From the IMG/VR virus record IMGVR_UViG_3300035162_004467, positions 21,311-85,310 of that record: DNA of 64,000 bases; one strand, written 5' to 3'. Below the pieces are notes generated by a model. The model saw only the letters and a list, made by a program, of their open reading frames with translations, did no database searches and was not told where the DNA came from. Shown in pieces: positions 20,049-29,474 of this stretch. This stretch comes from a virus. The first letter of the stretch is position 1. The number at the start of each line of letters is the position of its first letter. A program made the translations under genes and the position numbers.

Positions 20049-20432
20049 TTAATCAAGATCTATCTTTATCTTGGGAGTTCCGATAGCCTTTTGTTTGTCG
20101 GACATGTGCTTTTTGCCCACTTTCTTTTCGTAGTCATTAAAAGCTTTCCTTTTGACTGGATCTTCTCCACCGTTAGCTCCTGCCCTTTTCTCTGACAATT
20201 CTGAGGAATAATCCAGAACATCACCTATAGTTCCTTTCATTTTGCCAGTTTTCTCTACAAACCCATTGTGATCCCAAGCGTCATCTTTAGTGTCAATTGA
20301 TGCATGAGGGGCTATAAATACTCTTTTCCATTCTAGGCCGAACTCATCAATATGGATGTGTTCTTCATTCATTCCTTGAACGACTTCTTTGTGTTCTCCT
20401 GTCTCTGGGTGTTTGTAGATATAAATGGCCAT
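20049..20432 (-). CDS. FmdB-like zinc-ribbon-fold protein lacking cysteines
   Basis: MAIYIYKHPETGEHKEVVQGM...WKRVF matches the FmdB-like pattern without the Cys ligands. Confidence 0.5.
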   Translation of the reverse strand: MAIYIYKHPETGEHKEVVQGMNEEHIHIDEFGLEWKRVFIAPHASIDTKDDAWDHNGFVEKTGKMKGTIGDVLDYSSELSEKRAGANGGEDPVKRKAFNDYEKKVGKKHMSDKQKAIGTPKIKIDLD

Positions 20433-20433
20433 A

Positions 20434-21516
20434 TTAGTAGATTTTTTCTAGAATTTTTTCAATACTTTTTTCGTAAGTAAACTCTTTCTGCAATTTTAAT
20501 CCCTCTGTATTTTCTGATTTAGCCATCTGGACGGATTGATCAATTGATGCTGAAATCTGCTCTCCGTTGAGTCTGTAATATTCTCCTTGATTGAATTTAG
20601 CTCCTTGGTGGAAAAAGATATTATCATAGCAGGGTTGTTTGCCTATAGGATTTAAAAGTAAAGAATTATTTTCATTAGCCCAATCTTTATGTGAGCTGCA
20701 ATTACTGACTATAGACCACTTCCCCAAAGCTGTTGCATTAAATGCTGGCAAGTTCCAACCCTCTCCATTGGATAAACCAGACAAGTCAATATCAATTGAA
20801 TTGATTAAATCATTTACCTCGCTGTTTGTTTTAAGTCGGGGCAAAAAGTTTACATTTGAATATTTTTGATTATTCGTCGCTTGAACGCACATTTGATGCA
20901 TTTGTTCTTTTTTTAAGAACGGGTTTCCGACTAAACAAGTTAGTTGATACCTTGGATTGTTACCAAATTTATTACACCATAGCTGTATGAGAGCTTGGGT
21001 GTTTTTTCTACGTTCCATCTTCCCAATAAGTCCAAAATGTATTATATCCTCACCAAGGTATTCTTTATTTGTCTTGTGGAAGTCTGGGTCAAAACCAAGG
21101 GGGACATAGGACACATTATTACACCCCTTATCCTTAAATGATTGAGCAGCCTCAGAGCAAGAAAAGAAAACATGGTTTTGAGCTTTTACAATGCTAACCT
21201 CCTCTTCTGTAGGAGAGTCCACTTCATAAAAAGTATATAAAAATTGATTATCTCCGATCTTTTTTTCTGATCCGTTAATATGCCAAACTTTTAGAGTGGG
21301 GGTTGACCTATCTAAACGACTTACCGCTTTGTCGGCATTTTGAGTTATGTAGTCTTGGTCTTCTTTTGATAACTTGTCAAAGGCTGAGAAGTCTAAATTG
21401 CCTATTGGGAAGATGTTTAGATCTAAATCTTTTTTCTTTAATTGCCTAAGAAAGTTTAAAGAAACATTCCCTAAGCTTAAAGAGTTGAATGGTGCATTGA
21501 GGTTCAGCTTATGCAT
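20434..21516 (-). CDS. GT4-like glycosyltransferase
   Basis: VPLGFD, GKMERRKN, SNGEGWNLPAFNATALGK GT-B motifs. Confidence 0.8.
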   Translation of the reverse strand: MHKLNLNAPFNSLSLGNVSLNFLRQLKKKDLDLNIFPIGNLDFSAFDKLSKEDQDYITQNADKAVSRLDRSTPTLKVWHINGSEKKIGDNQFLYTFYEVDSPTEEEVSIVKAQNHVFFSCSEAAQSFKDKGCNNVSYVPLGFDPDFHKTNKEYLGEDIIHFGLIGKMERRKNTQALIQLWCNKFGNNPRYQLTCLVGNPFLKKEQMHQMCVQATNNQKYSNVNFLPRLKTNSEVNDLINSIDIDLSGLSNGEGWNLPAFNATALGKWSIVSNCSSHKDWANENNSLLLNPIGKQPCYDNIFFHQGAKFNQGEYYRLNGEQISASIDQSVQMAKSENTEGLKLQKEFTYEKSIEKILEKIY

Positions 21517-22096
21517 TTTTTTTAATTTGTTTTTTAAATTCTTGTAGAGACTTGTGGTGTATGTTTATACATCCTTGGGCAGATATGCCGATCTTATCTC
21601 CAATATTCTTCCAAGTGTTGAGTTTACCTCTCTCTCCTCCGAAATATCTTTCTTTAAAAATAATTTTTACTCTTTCGTCACGATGGTTATTTATCAAGTC
21701 AATGATTGCGGTGAAGCTTTCTCTGATTTGACAGCTTTGATCTGGGTGTAAATCCTTAGACTCTTCAGAATAATCAATAGAATCGAAAGACAGAGTGTTT
21801 TTGTTTTTTTTCCTAGCAGTCTTTCTGCTTAAACAGAGGTATTTGGCTTTATTGCCAACATGGGTCGAAAATTTAGCTTTATTTTCATCATAATCTAAAG
21901 CTGCCTTATAGATAATATAATCTTTGTCGTTGATAATATCGGCTATGTCATTGGTGGGAAGAGACTTGGATGCGTACCTCCTAACCATATCAATGTATAT
22001 GCCAGAGTGTCTGCATATTAAAAGATTTAATGCTTCCTCGTGATCTTCCTCTTTGATCAAGTTTGTTAATTCGGGGTCGGTAGATTGATTATCCAT
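21509..22096 (-). CDS. Phage RNA polymerase sigma factor (sigma70 family, regions 2 and 4)
   Basis: AALDYDENKAKFSTHV (region 2); IFKERYF...TWKNIGDKIGISAQGC (region 4 HTH). Confidence 0.85.
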   Translation of the reverse strand: MDNQSTDPELTNLIKEEDHEEALNLLICRHSGIYIDMVRRYASKSLPTNDIADIINDKDYIIYKAALDYDENKAKFSTHVGNKAKYLCLSRKTARKKNKNTLSFDSIDYSEESKDLHPDQSCQIRESFTAIIDLINNHRDERVKIIFKERYFGGERGKLNTWKNIGDKIGISAQGCINIHHKSLQEFKKQIKKNA

Positions 22097-22153
22097 GCTT
22101 AACTATGGATTATGCTAGGGGTATTCTGGTAAAAATCAAGTAATTTTTTTTTG

Positions 22154-22181
22154 TTGACGGATTTTTTTCCACCAATAGAAT
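22154..22181 (+). promoter_or_regulatory. sigma70-like promoter
   Basis: TTGACG-16 nt-TAGAAT with an upstream T tract, in a divergent intergenic region. Confidence 0.5.
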
Positions 22182-22293
22182 AGACGTATTGGAAGCCGCA
22201 TCAGTAAGGATACGAACCTTTGCAGTACAGTAAGGATGCGTAGTAAAGATACGTATTCTATTAATACTCACTTCGTTCGCATTAATAGAATAG
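22174..22293. repeat. Three 13-bp direct repeats plus overlapping inverted repeats
   Basis: YAGTAARGATRCG at 22202, 22228, 22241; TATTCTATTAAT (22254-22265) pairs with ATTAATAGAATA (22281-22292). Confidence 0.8.
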
Positions 22294-22338
22294 CTTCGCC
22301 AGATTTTTTCATTTTTTCCTTGCCTATCAACTCCGCTG

Positions 22339-22344
22339 GTGTAA
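22339..22344 (+). promoter_or_regulatory. GTGTAW motif upstream of nrdB
   Basis: GTGTAA 11 nt before ATG 22356. Confidence 0.55.
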
Positions 22345-22355
22345 TTAGATAGGAA

Positions 22356-23327
22356 ATGATTTTTGAAGAGCAAGTATCACGCAAGCCTGACCACTATTCT
22401 TGGGCAGGAGATTTTATCGAAGCAATGCACAACGGGTTTTGGACCGACAAAGAATTTAGTTTCACCTCTGATTTGCAAGACTTCAACGTGTCATTAAGTG
22501 AGCAGGAAAAAGAGATCATTGTCAGGACTCTTTCAGCTATTGGGCAGATCGAAGTCGCTGTTAAAAAGTTTTGGAGTAAGTTGGGAGATAATTTGCCTCA
22601 CCCATCATTGAGTGATTTGGGATTTGTTATGGCGAACGTAGAAGTTATTCACAATAATGCTTACGAGCGGTTGCTTCAGGTGTTGGGCTTAGAAGAAGTA
22701 TTTGAGGAGAACCTAAAATTAGATTTTATTGAGGGGCGGGTGAATTATTTGCGGAAGTATACGCACAAGTTTTATAAGAATAGTAAGAAGCAATATGTTT
22801 ATGCCTTAATTCTATTCACCCTTTTTGTGGAGAATGTGTCGTTGTTTTCCCAATTTTACGTTATAAACTGGTTTGCCCGTCATAAGAATGTATTAAAGGA
22901 CACTGATCAACAAGTTAAGTATACTCGTAACGAAGAGAACCTCCATGCTTTTGTCGGAATGAAGATAATTAATACCATCCGCGAAGAACATCCTGAGCTT
23001 TTCGACGAAGAGTTAGAAGCGCGTGTTCTTGATGAAGCCCAAGAAGCTTTCAATGCTGAAAGCAAGATTGTAGATTGGATGATTAATGGTATTCGTGAGA
23101 AAGGATTAAACGCAATTGTACTCAAGGAGTTCATTAAAAATAGAATTAACGATTCTTTGGATAAAATAGGCTTCAAACAAGCTTTTGATGTTGACAAAAA
23201 TCTGCTGAAAGATACCATCTGGTTTGAAGAGGAGTTGCTTGGAAATAATGCCACTGACTTCTTTTATGCTCGACCAGTCGAGTATTCAAAAAATTCGCAG
23301 ACGTTCAACGCCGACGACTTGTTTTAA
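22356..23327 (+). CDS. nrdB: Ribonucleotide reductase class I beta subunit (class Id-like)
   Basis: FWTDKE, QIEVAVK, EVIHNNAY, FVENVSLFSQF, EENLH, C-terminal DFF. Confidence 0.93.
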   Translation: MIFEEQVSRKPDHYSWAGDFIEAMHNGFWTDKEFSFTSDLQDFNVSLSEQEKEIIVRTLSAIGQIEVAVKKFWSKLGDNLPHPSLSDLGFVMANVEVIHNNAYERLLQVLGLEEVFEENLKLDFIEGRVNYLRKYTHKFYKNSKKQYVYALILFTLFVENVSLFSQFYVINWFARHKNVLKDTDQQVKYTRNEENLHAFVGMKIINTIREEHPELFDEELEARVLDEAQEAFNAESKIVDWMINGIREKGLNAIVLKEFIKNRINDSLDKIGFKQAFDVDKNLLKDTIWFEEELLGNNATDFFYARPVEYSKNSQTFNADDLF

Positions 23328-24974
23328 ATGACTGATTACTATTGGCTAAATGATAAATCAAGGTTATTCCTTGAGCGGGGATATCTTGAAAAAGGAGAAA
23401 CTCCAGAACAGAGGATTCGTGATATTGCAGATACTGCCGAAGCGTATCTCAATATGGACGGGTTTGCTGACAAGTTCGTAAGTTATATGAAGCGGGGGTT
23501 TTTCTCTCTAGCTTCTCCTGTATGGTCTAATTTTGGTCGTGATCGTGGCTTGCCTATATCTTGCAATGGAGTTTATGTGCCAGATAGGATGGATGGCATT
23601 TTAGCTAAACAGTGTGAGGTGGGCATGCAGACAAAGTATGGCTCAGGGACATCTGCTTACTTCGGAGATCTTCGCGAGCGTGGCGCACCAATCAATTCTG
23701 GAGGAGAATCTTCTGGGGCCGTCCATTTTATGGAACTGTTTGATAAGGTCGCTGCTGTTGTTTCTCAGGGGAATGTTCGTCGTGGTTCTTTCGCGGCTTA
23801 TCTCCCTATCGAACATCCTGATGTAAAAGAGTTTCTCCGCATTAAGAGTGAGGGTAACGCTATTCAAGAGATGTCTTTCGCTCTTACTGTAACTGATGAT
23901 TGGATGGAAAGCATGATTGATGGTGATCAAGAAAAGCGTCAGCTTTGGGCTTCTATAATCAGAAAGCGTTTCGAGACTGGGTATCCATACATCTTTTTTC
24001 AAGACACTGCGAATAAGAATGCGCCTGATTGTTATAAAGACAAAGGCATGAAGATTTATGCTTCTAATCTTTGCAACGAGATTAGCTTGCCGTCTAAAGA
24101 AGATGAGTCTTTTGTTTGCTGTTTATCCTCTTTGAATCTAGTTAGATGGGATGATATTATAGAGACTGATGCCATTGAAATCTTAGTCAAGTTCCTTGAC
24201 GCAGTAATGGAGGAATACATCCTGAAAACAAATAATATGCCGTTCATGGAGTCTTCCCATAACTTTGCCAAGCGTCACAGAGCTTTGGGCATGGGAGTTC
24301 TTGGTTGGCACTCTTACCTACAAAGCAAGATGATCAGCTTTGAAAGTATGGAGGCTAAAATGCAAAATAGTTCTATTTGGAAGACTATCCGTCAACGTGC
24401 AGATAAGGCTACAGAAGAATTGGCTCAAGAGTTAGGGGAACCTATGTATTGTGAGGGCTATGGTCGTCGGAATACCACCACCCTAGCTATCGCCCCGACT
24501 ACAAGTAGCTCGTTTATCTTGGGTCAGGTTTCTCCGTCTATCGAACCTCTCAATGGTAATTATTTTACTAAAGCCCTCGCCAAAGGTAAATTCACCTTTA
24601 GGAATCCTTACCTCAAAACCCTCTTGGCCGAGAAGGGTAAAGATAATGACGAAGTTTGGATGAGTATTCTAGGAACAGGAGGGTCAGTGCAGCATTTATC
24701 CTTCTTTTCTGAGGAAGAGAAGGAAGTATTCAAAACTTTTGGAGAGATCAGCCAAAAAGAAATTGTTATTCAAGCAGCCCAAAGACAAAAGTATATTGAT
24801 CAAGGGCAATCTTTAAATCTCATGGTTGCTCCTAAAGCTCCCGCGAAAGAAGTGAACCAGCTTCTAATTTATGGATGGCAGAATGGCATCAAAGGATTCT
24901 ATTATCAGAGAAGTGCTAACCCTAGCCAAGAACTAGCAAGATCCATGATGGAATGTAAATCTTGTGAAGGGTAA
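23328..24974 (+). CDS. nrdA: Ribonucleotide reductase class I alpha subunit, no ATP cone
   Basis: SPVWSN, PISC, SNLCNEI, CCLSSLN, APTTSSS, IDQGQSLN, FYYQR, C-terminal CKSC. Confidence 0.95.
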   Translation: MTDYYWLNDKSRLFLERGYLEKGETPEQRIRDIADTAEAYLNMDGFADKFVSYMKRGFFSLASPVWSNFGRDRGLPISCNGVYVPDRMDGILAKQCEVGMQTKYGSGTSAYFGDLRERGAPINSGGESSGAVHFMELFDKVAAVVSQGNVRRGSFAAYLPIEHPDVKEFLRIKSEGNAIQEMSFALTVTDDWMESMIDGDQEKRQLWASIIRKRFETGYPYIFFQDTANKNAPDCYKDKGMKIYASNLCNEISLPSKEDESFVCCLSSLNLVRWDDIIETDAIEILVKFLDAVMEEYILKTNNMPFMESSHNFAKRHRALGMGVLGWHSYLQSKMISFESMEAKMQNSSIWKTIRQRADKATEELAQELGEPMYCEGYGRRNTTTLAIAPTTSSSFILGQVSPSIEPLNGNYFTKALAKGKFTFRNPYLKTLLAEKGKDNDEVWMSILGTGGSVQHLSFFSEEEKEVFKTFGEISQKEIVIQAAQRQKYIDQGQSLNLMVAPKAPAKEVNQLLIYGWQNGIKGFYYQRSANPSQELARSMMECKSCEG

Positions 24975-25012
24975 AATTCCCCAAGATTCTGGATCGTGTA
25001 TATACATGCACT

Positions 25013-25114
25013 ATGACTGAACCGGAAATTAATTTTACAGACGAGGTAGAACTCGACGAAACAATAGCATTTATACTAGACCGTATCGACGAAGCACAAT
25101 TCGGCGAAGATTGA
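25013..25114 (+). CDS. Small acidic protein, 33 aa (not in ORF track)
   Basis: MTEPEINFTDEVELDETIAFILDRIDEAQFGED; GTGTAT at 24996, 11 nt before the ATG. Confidence 0.55.
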   Translation: MTEPEINFTDEVELDETIAFILDRIDEAQFGED

Positions 25115-25193
25115 TTTAGTATATCTCTATTGTCTGAGAATTTCCAGCACCCAAATGGGGCTAGAAAAACAAAAACTAACTAAAAATAGTAGT

Positions 25194-25619
25194 ATGACAA
25201 TGATGATAAACAAAATGTTGGCTCCCTTGGTTTTCGAGGGAGATATCTTTAAGCGTATGCAGTTGTTAGCTAATGAAGCTAATGCTCCATTGTATTCAGG
25301 CTCTGAGCCTTTTGATGCTTATAAAGACAAGGATGATAATTTTATTCTTGAGTTTGCATTGGTCGGATTAGATCAGAAAGATATTTCTGTATTTGTAGCT
25401 GGTCAAACCTTAAAGATTGAGGCAGGATCTCAGCAAAAAGATAACGATGCTGAATTCTACCATAGAAAAATATCTCGACGCTCTGTCAAGAAGCACTTTA
25501 CCTTGCACCAGAACGTTGATAAGGATTCCATTGAGGCAGAATATAAAAATGGCCTATTAAGAATCAAAATACCTCTTGAGAAAGAGGAACAAAAAGATAT
25601 AATGATCAAAGTTAAGTAA
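25194..25619 (+). CDS. Small heat shock protein (Hsp20/alpha-crystallin)
   Basis: FILEFALVG...DISV...LKIEA, AEYKNGLLRIKIP; start chosen at ATG 25194. Confidence 0.92.
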   Translation: MTMMINKMLAPLVFEGDIFKRMQLLANEANAPLYSGSEPFDAYKDKDDNFILEFALVGLDQKDISVFVAGQTLKIEAGSQQKDNDAEFYHRKISRRSVKKHFTLHQNVDKDSIEAEYKNGLLRIKIPLEKEEQKDIMIKVK

Positions 25620-25641
25620 GGCTTTGAGGTGACTTGTATCG

Positions 25642-25679
25642 CTCCTTCTAGGTTGTGCTTACCTAGAAGGAGTTTTTTT
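25642..25679 (+). terminator. Rho-independent terminator
   Basis: CTCCTTCTAGGT / ACCTAGAAGGAG 12-bp stem followed by T7. Confidence 0.9.
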
Positions 25680-26294
25680 ATGATCACTTACGGCATAACA
25701 GTAGCAGACGAGTTTTTCGAATTTAAAAGATTAATTAATTCACTTGAGCCATATGTTTTACCAGATGAGGAGATTGTCATCTTGGCAGATCAGAACAAAG
25801 TAACCAAAGAGATCGAAGAGTTTTGTGAGCTTTGCGGGTTGGAAGTGAACTATTTTGATTTCCAAAAAGATTTTTCTGAGTTTAAAAACACTTTGTTTGA
25901 CTTGTCTACTAAAGACTACTTGATGCAGATAGATGCTGATGAGCAGATACCCCCTTCTCTACTACATGCTTTGAGGACTGTCGGCCAACAAAAGCCAGAG
26001 ATTGACCTCCTTTGGATACCAAGAATTAACGTTGTTCGCGGGGCGACAGGAGAGCATATCAAAAAATACAACTGGAAAATAGACGATATGGGCTGGGAAG
26101 GATTTCCTGATTTTCAATCTCGTTTTGCTTCTACCAAAGGCCATATTAAGTGGGAGAATAAAGTTCACGAGGTTTTAGTGGGATCGAACAACCCATCAAA
26201 ACTTCTTGAATTCCCAGTTGAGAATTTTTCTATCCTTCATGTTAAGGATATTCAGAAGCAAGAAAAACAAAATGAACTCTACGAAACTATATAA
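25680..26294 (+). CDS. Glycosyltransferase family 2 protein
   Basis: DFSEFKN, QIDADE (DxD), FPDFQSR, WENKVHE; GT-A fold. ATG at 25680. Confidence 0.85.
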   Translation: MITYGITVADEFFEFKRLINSLEPYVLPDEEIVILADQNKVTKEIEEFCELCGLEVNYFDFQKDFSEFKNTLFDLSTKDYLMQIDADEQIPPSLLHALRTVGQQKPEIDLLWIPRINVVRGATGEHIKKYNWKIDDMGWEGFPDFQSRFASTKGHIKWENKVHEVLVGSNNPSKLLEFPVENFSILHVKDIQKQEKQNELYETI

Positions 26295-26296
26295 TT

Positions 26297-26872
26297 ATGA
26301 ACATTAATTTTGAAGGTATTGAACGTATTAACCATGTTTGTGAAGTTGGTTGTTTTTTGCCAGACACTATTCAATCAAAACAGTTTTTAGGCACACACGT
26401 AAAAACAACTTTAATAGAGCCAAATCCAAAAGCATTTAAACAGTTGCAAAAGTCTTTTGGTAGTCATAAAAATGTTTCATTGTTGAATTTGGCGATTACG
26501 GATAAAGGGGGAAAAGTAAAAATGTATAATAGGTGGGATGATGCAGATGCTTCTTGCTTTGTCGATTCGGAGTTTAGTCCAGCTATTGTAAATGATCAAT
26601 ATGTAAAAAACGATGAAGATAGCTTTATGGTAGATTCTGTATCCTTTGATAAAATTGATAATGGTAATATAGATATTTTATCCGTTGATACAGAAGGTCA
26701 TGAATGGTTTGTGATTAAAAACATGAAGAGTAGACCAAAGTTTATAATCTTGGAAACTCATGGTCAAAGTTATATTAATCCGTATATTAATAATATCACA
26801 ATGTGGATGAATCAAAACGGTTACGTTGTCTTAAAAAAAGATGAGTCAGATACATTATACTCAAAGACTTAA
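26297..26872 (+). CDS. FkbM-family SAM-dependent methyltransferase
   Basis: EVGC, LIEPNP, LNLAI, IDILSVDTEGHE. Confidence 0.85.
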   Translation: MNINFEGIERINHVCEVGCFLPDTIQSKQFLGTHVKTTLIEPNPKAFKQLQKSFGSHKNVSLLNLAITDKGGKVKMYNRWDDADASCFVDSEFSPAIVNDQYVKNDEDSFMVDSVSFDKIDNGNIDILSVDTEGHEWFVIKNMKSRPKFIILETHGQSYINPYINNITMWMNQNGYVVLKKDESDTLYSKT

Positions 26873-27674
26873 TATTTTAGTTAGAGTTGAAGGTGGGTTA
26901 GGAGATTGCTTACTTTCTAATAGATTTATTCCTGCCATCAGGGAATATCACTCTGATTGTCATATTACTTTCGCATTCGATAATGATAGGGGAGAGGGTT
27001 ACCAACTAGATGTCTTAAAAAAATTCTATCCAAGCATATCTGATAGATATTGTTTTTGGGGTGAGATTGATAAAAGTGATTATGATTTCTTTTATGATCT
27101 CCATATCGACAAAATGGAATGGACGACTTATGATTTTGATTGGTTGAGTAGATTCTATTATTTCCCCAAGCCAGAGATTACAGTCCAAAAAGGAGATTAT
27201 GTTTGTTTGCATTTGACTCATAATTTATGGGAGCCAAAAAATCTTAAGAAGGATTATGTCACCAAACTGGTCAACTCTCTTTATGATACTGGCAATAAGC
27301 TAGTCGCGATTTGCACAGAAAAAGAAAAAGAGCGTTACTCTGATGTTTTGGATAAAGTTAAAATAGTTTGCTCTAGTATTGATAAAGCATGTATTACCGT
27401 AATGGGAGCTAAAGCTTTTGTAACTATTGATTCTGGTTTTAAATATATAGCTTATGCGAATGGAGTTCCGACTATTGAAACAGCAGATTATTATTCTCAA
27501 GTCGGGGCTACTCATCCAATGATTAAAGCAAGGTGGTTGCCATTCCAAGAGCGTGGTTTACCACTTTATTCTGATCCTGAGTATTTCTTAGTTGGTTTGA
27601 GAAGCATTTTAGAAAATAGAATTTCTTCTATATTCCCTTATAATAATTCCAATAAAAAAACATTTAAACTATGA
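26841..27674 (+). CDS. GT9-like glycosyltransferase
   Basis: GGLGDCLL at the N-terminus; FVTIDSGFKYIAYANGVPT. Confidence 0.75.
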   Translation: MSQIHYTQRLNILVRVEGGLGDCLLSNRFIPAIREYHSDCHITFAFDNDRGEGYQLDVLKKFYPSISDRYCFWGEIDKSDYDFFYDLHIDKMEWTTYDFDWLSRFYYFPKPEITVQKGDYVCLHLTHNLWEPKNLKKDYVTKLVNSLYDTGNKLVAICTEKEKERYSDVLDKVKIVCSSIDKACITVMGAKAFVTIDSGFKYIAYANGVPTIETADYYSQVGATHPMIKARWLPFQERGLPLYSDPEYFLVGLRSILENRISSIFPYNNSNKKTFKL

Positions 27675-28390
27675 ATAAGTTACAAATAGTAGAAGGTATA
27701 CTTGATGAGTTAAGACCATATGCGATTCCTTTCACTATGCGTAGGTATGGCAATCCAAATAGAGATGGTGGATATGGTTTACTAAAAAAAATTACTGAAG
27801 AGTCTCCAATTGTTTACTCTCTAGGCGTAGGGGTGTTTATTGAAAATATTTTATTCGATTTACAAATGGCTGACTCTGGGAAAAGGGTATACCTATATGA
27901 TGATAACTTAGATGAGCTACCCAAAAACCACGAAAACTTTACTTACAAAAGAAGTTATGTCTCTTCTGAAAATGCGTCAAAGCATATTGAAGAAAATGGG
28001 CATAAAGATGAAACAGATATTCTCGGACAAATAGACATTGAAGGTGCTGAGTATGAATTATTTTCTGAAGTAGATGAGTCTTATTTCAAACATTTTTCTC
28101 AACTAAGCGTAGAATTTCATGATCTTCACGAGCCTACGGTTGAAATGTTGAATGTATTTAAAAAGTTAAATAAGTATTATTATATTTATCATATTCATGC
28201 TAATAATAATAGAATGGTGTTTGATTCAGAAAAAGGGATTCTTCCGCAAGTTTTGGAGATTTGTTTTTTAAGAAAAGATAAGTTGGATTTTAATCCTTAT
28301 TTCTGTAAAATACCTCGGCCTATTAACGGTATAGATAAACCTTGCAGGATTGAAGATCCAGATATTTTTTTACAATGGTGGTGTGATTAG
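27671..28390 (+). CDS. FkbM-like (Methyltransf_22-type) methyltransferase
   Basis: RYGNPNRDGGY, VYSLGVG, QIDIEGAEY, QLSVEFH, HIHANN. Confidence 0.8.
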   Translation: MNKLQIVEGILDELRPYAIPFTMRRYGNPNRDGGYGLLKKITEESPIVYSLGVGVFIENILFDLQMADSGKRVYLYDDNLDELPKNHENFTYKRSYVSSENASKHIEENGHKDETDILGQIDIEGAEYELFSEVDESYFKHFSQLSVEFHDLHEPTVEMLNVFKKLNKYYYIYHIHANNNRMVFDSEKGILPQVLEICFLRKDKLDFNPYFCKIPRPINGIDKPCRIEDPDIFLQWWCD

Positions 28391-28392
28391 TT

Positions 28393-29133
28393 ATGGAAAA
28401 ATTAGGAATAGTAATACCAGAGATACTAGGAGTAGGAGATAAAGTTCAATTTTCTCATATTCCAGAAAATTTCTATAAAAATCATGGTATTAAATTAATT
28501 GATATTTCTAAATGCTGGACTCTTGATAAAAATCCATACATTCAAAGAGGAGTCAAGCCTGATAAAGTTCTTGATTTGTGGAAACTATCTTGTAGTTCTG
28601 GCCATTACTTAAGCAGGGCAGAATTAATGAATTCCGTTTTAAAATTTGAAAAAATATATTGTCGATCTCCTAGACTTTATTTTAACGAAGAGCCGAAATA
28701 TGTTATACAAAATAAAATTTGTTTACATTCTCAGGGAGTTAGTTCAAAATCAATTTTTTCTGATAAGATAATCAAAACTATTAAGGAGAGATATCCTAAT
28801 TATCATATTGTTCAGATAGGAGGGGGAGGTGATGTTGATTGTGGTGTAAATGATTTGCGTGGGTTAAATATGTGGGATACTGTTAGAGAGATTTCGACTT
28901 CTGCTATTTTTATTGGTGTTAATAGTGGGATGATGAATATAGCTAATTGCTACCCGCATATAAATAAAAAACTCATAATTGATTTGTCTTCTGGAGAATT
29001 TGATCAAAATTTGAATAAATTTCATCCCTTATCCTTTAATCATCATTTATTTTTATGGGTGGATTATGGTTGGCAATATTACAATGATTCCGAAATTGAT
29101 ATTGGATGCACTTATTCTTACAATAAAATATAA
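28393..29133 (+). CDS. GT9-like glycosyltransferase
   Basis: GVGDKV, NPY, VQIGG, DLRGL, FIGVNSGMMNIA. Confidence 0.7.
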   Translation: MEKLGIVIPEILGVGDKVQFSHIPENFYKNHGIKLIDISKCWTLDKNPYIQRGVKPDKVLDLWKLSCSSGHYLSRAELMNSVLKFEKIYCRSPRLYFNEEPKYVIQNKICLHSQGVSSKSIFSDKIIKTIKERYPNYHIVQIGGGGDVDCGVNDLRGLNMWDTVREISTSAIFIGVNSGMMNIANCYPHINKKLIIDLSSGEFDQNLNKFHPLSFNHHLFLWVDYGWQYYNDSEIDIGCTYSYNKI

Positions 29134-29474
29134 TGATTAAGTTAAAAGTAGATGAGGGATACGCTTTTGATTACTTAGCTATCCTAGAGGTTAAGAAGAA
29201 CAATAATGCAGAACAGACAGAACTTTGGCTAAATTGCTCTGCTTATTTATCAAGTCAATTTTCTAAAGAGTTTTGGGACAATTTAATCTCGTCCAAAGAA
29301 TACGAGGATATGGTTTTAGTTAACCAGAAAACTTTTGATGCAGTTGATAAAGCTCGTTATGGAGAAATAACTGCCAAAGAAGTTGATGATTGTAATATGG
29401 AAAGATATAATGCTAAACAAACCTTCCTCAATAAATTTTTTCCAGAAAGTGGCCAGCAAGAATTCAAAACATAA
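29133..29474 (+). CDS. Helical hypothetical protein (DUF6165-like pattern)
   Basis: FDYLAILEVK...VNQKTFDAVD...NMERYNAKQ. Confidence 0.5.
   Translation: MIKLKVDEGYAFDYLAILEVKKNNNAEQTELWLNCSAYLSSQFSKEFWDNLISSKEYEDMVLVNQKTFDAVDKARYGEITAKEVDDCNMERYNAKQTFLNKFFPESGQQEFKT

Noticed and set aside
22202-22253. Mini CRISPR array associated with the Cas4-like gene
   Set aside because: Repeats are 13 bp with 13 and 0 nt gaps; no spacer-sized units; Cas4-like nucleases are common stand-alone phage genes.
22110-22373. 87-aa minus-strand ORF across the intergenic element
   Set aside because: Overlaps the nrdB start, promoters and repeats, and has no protein-like features.
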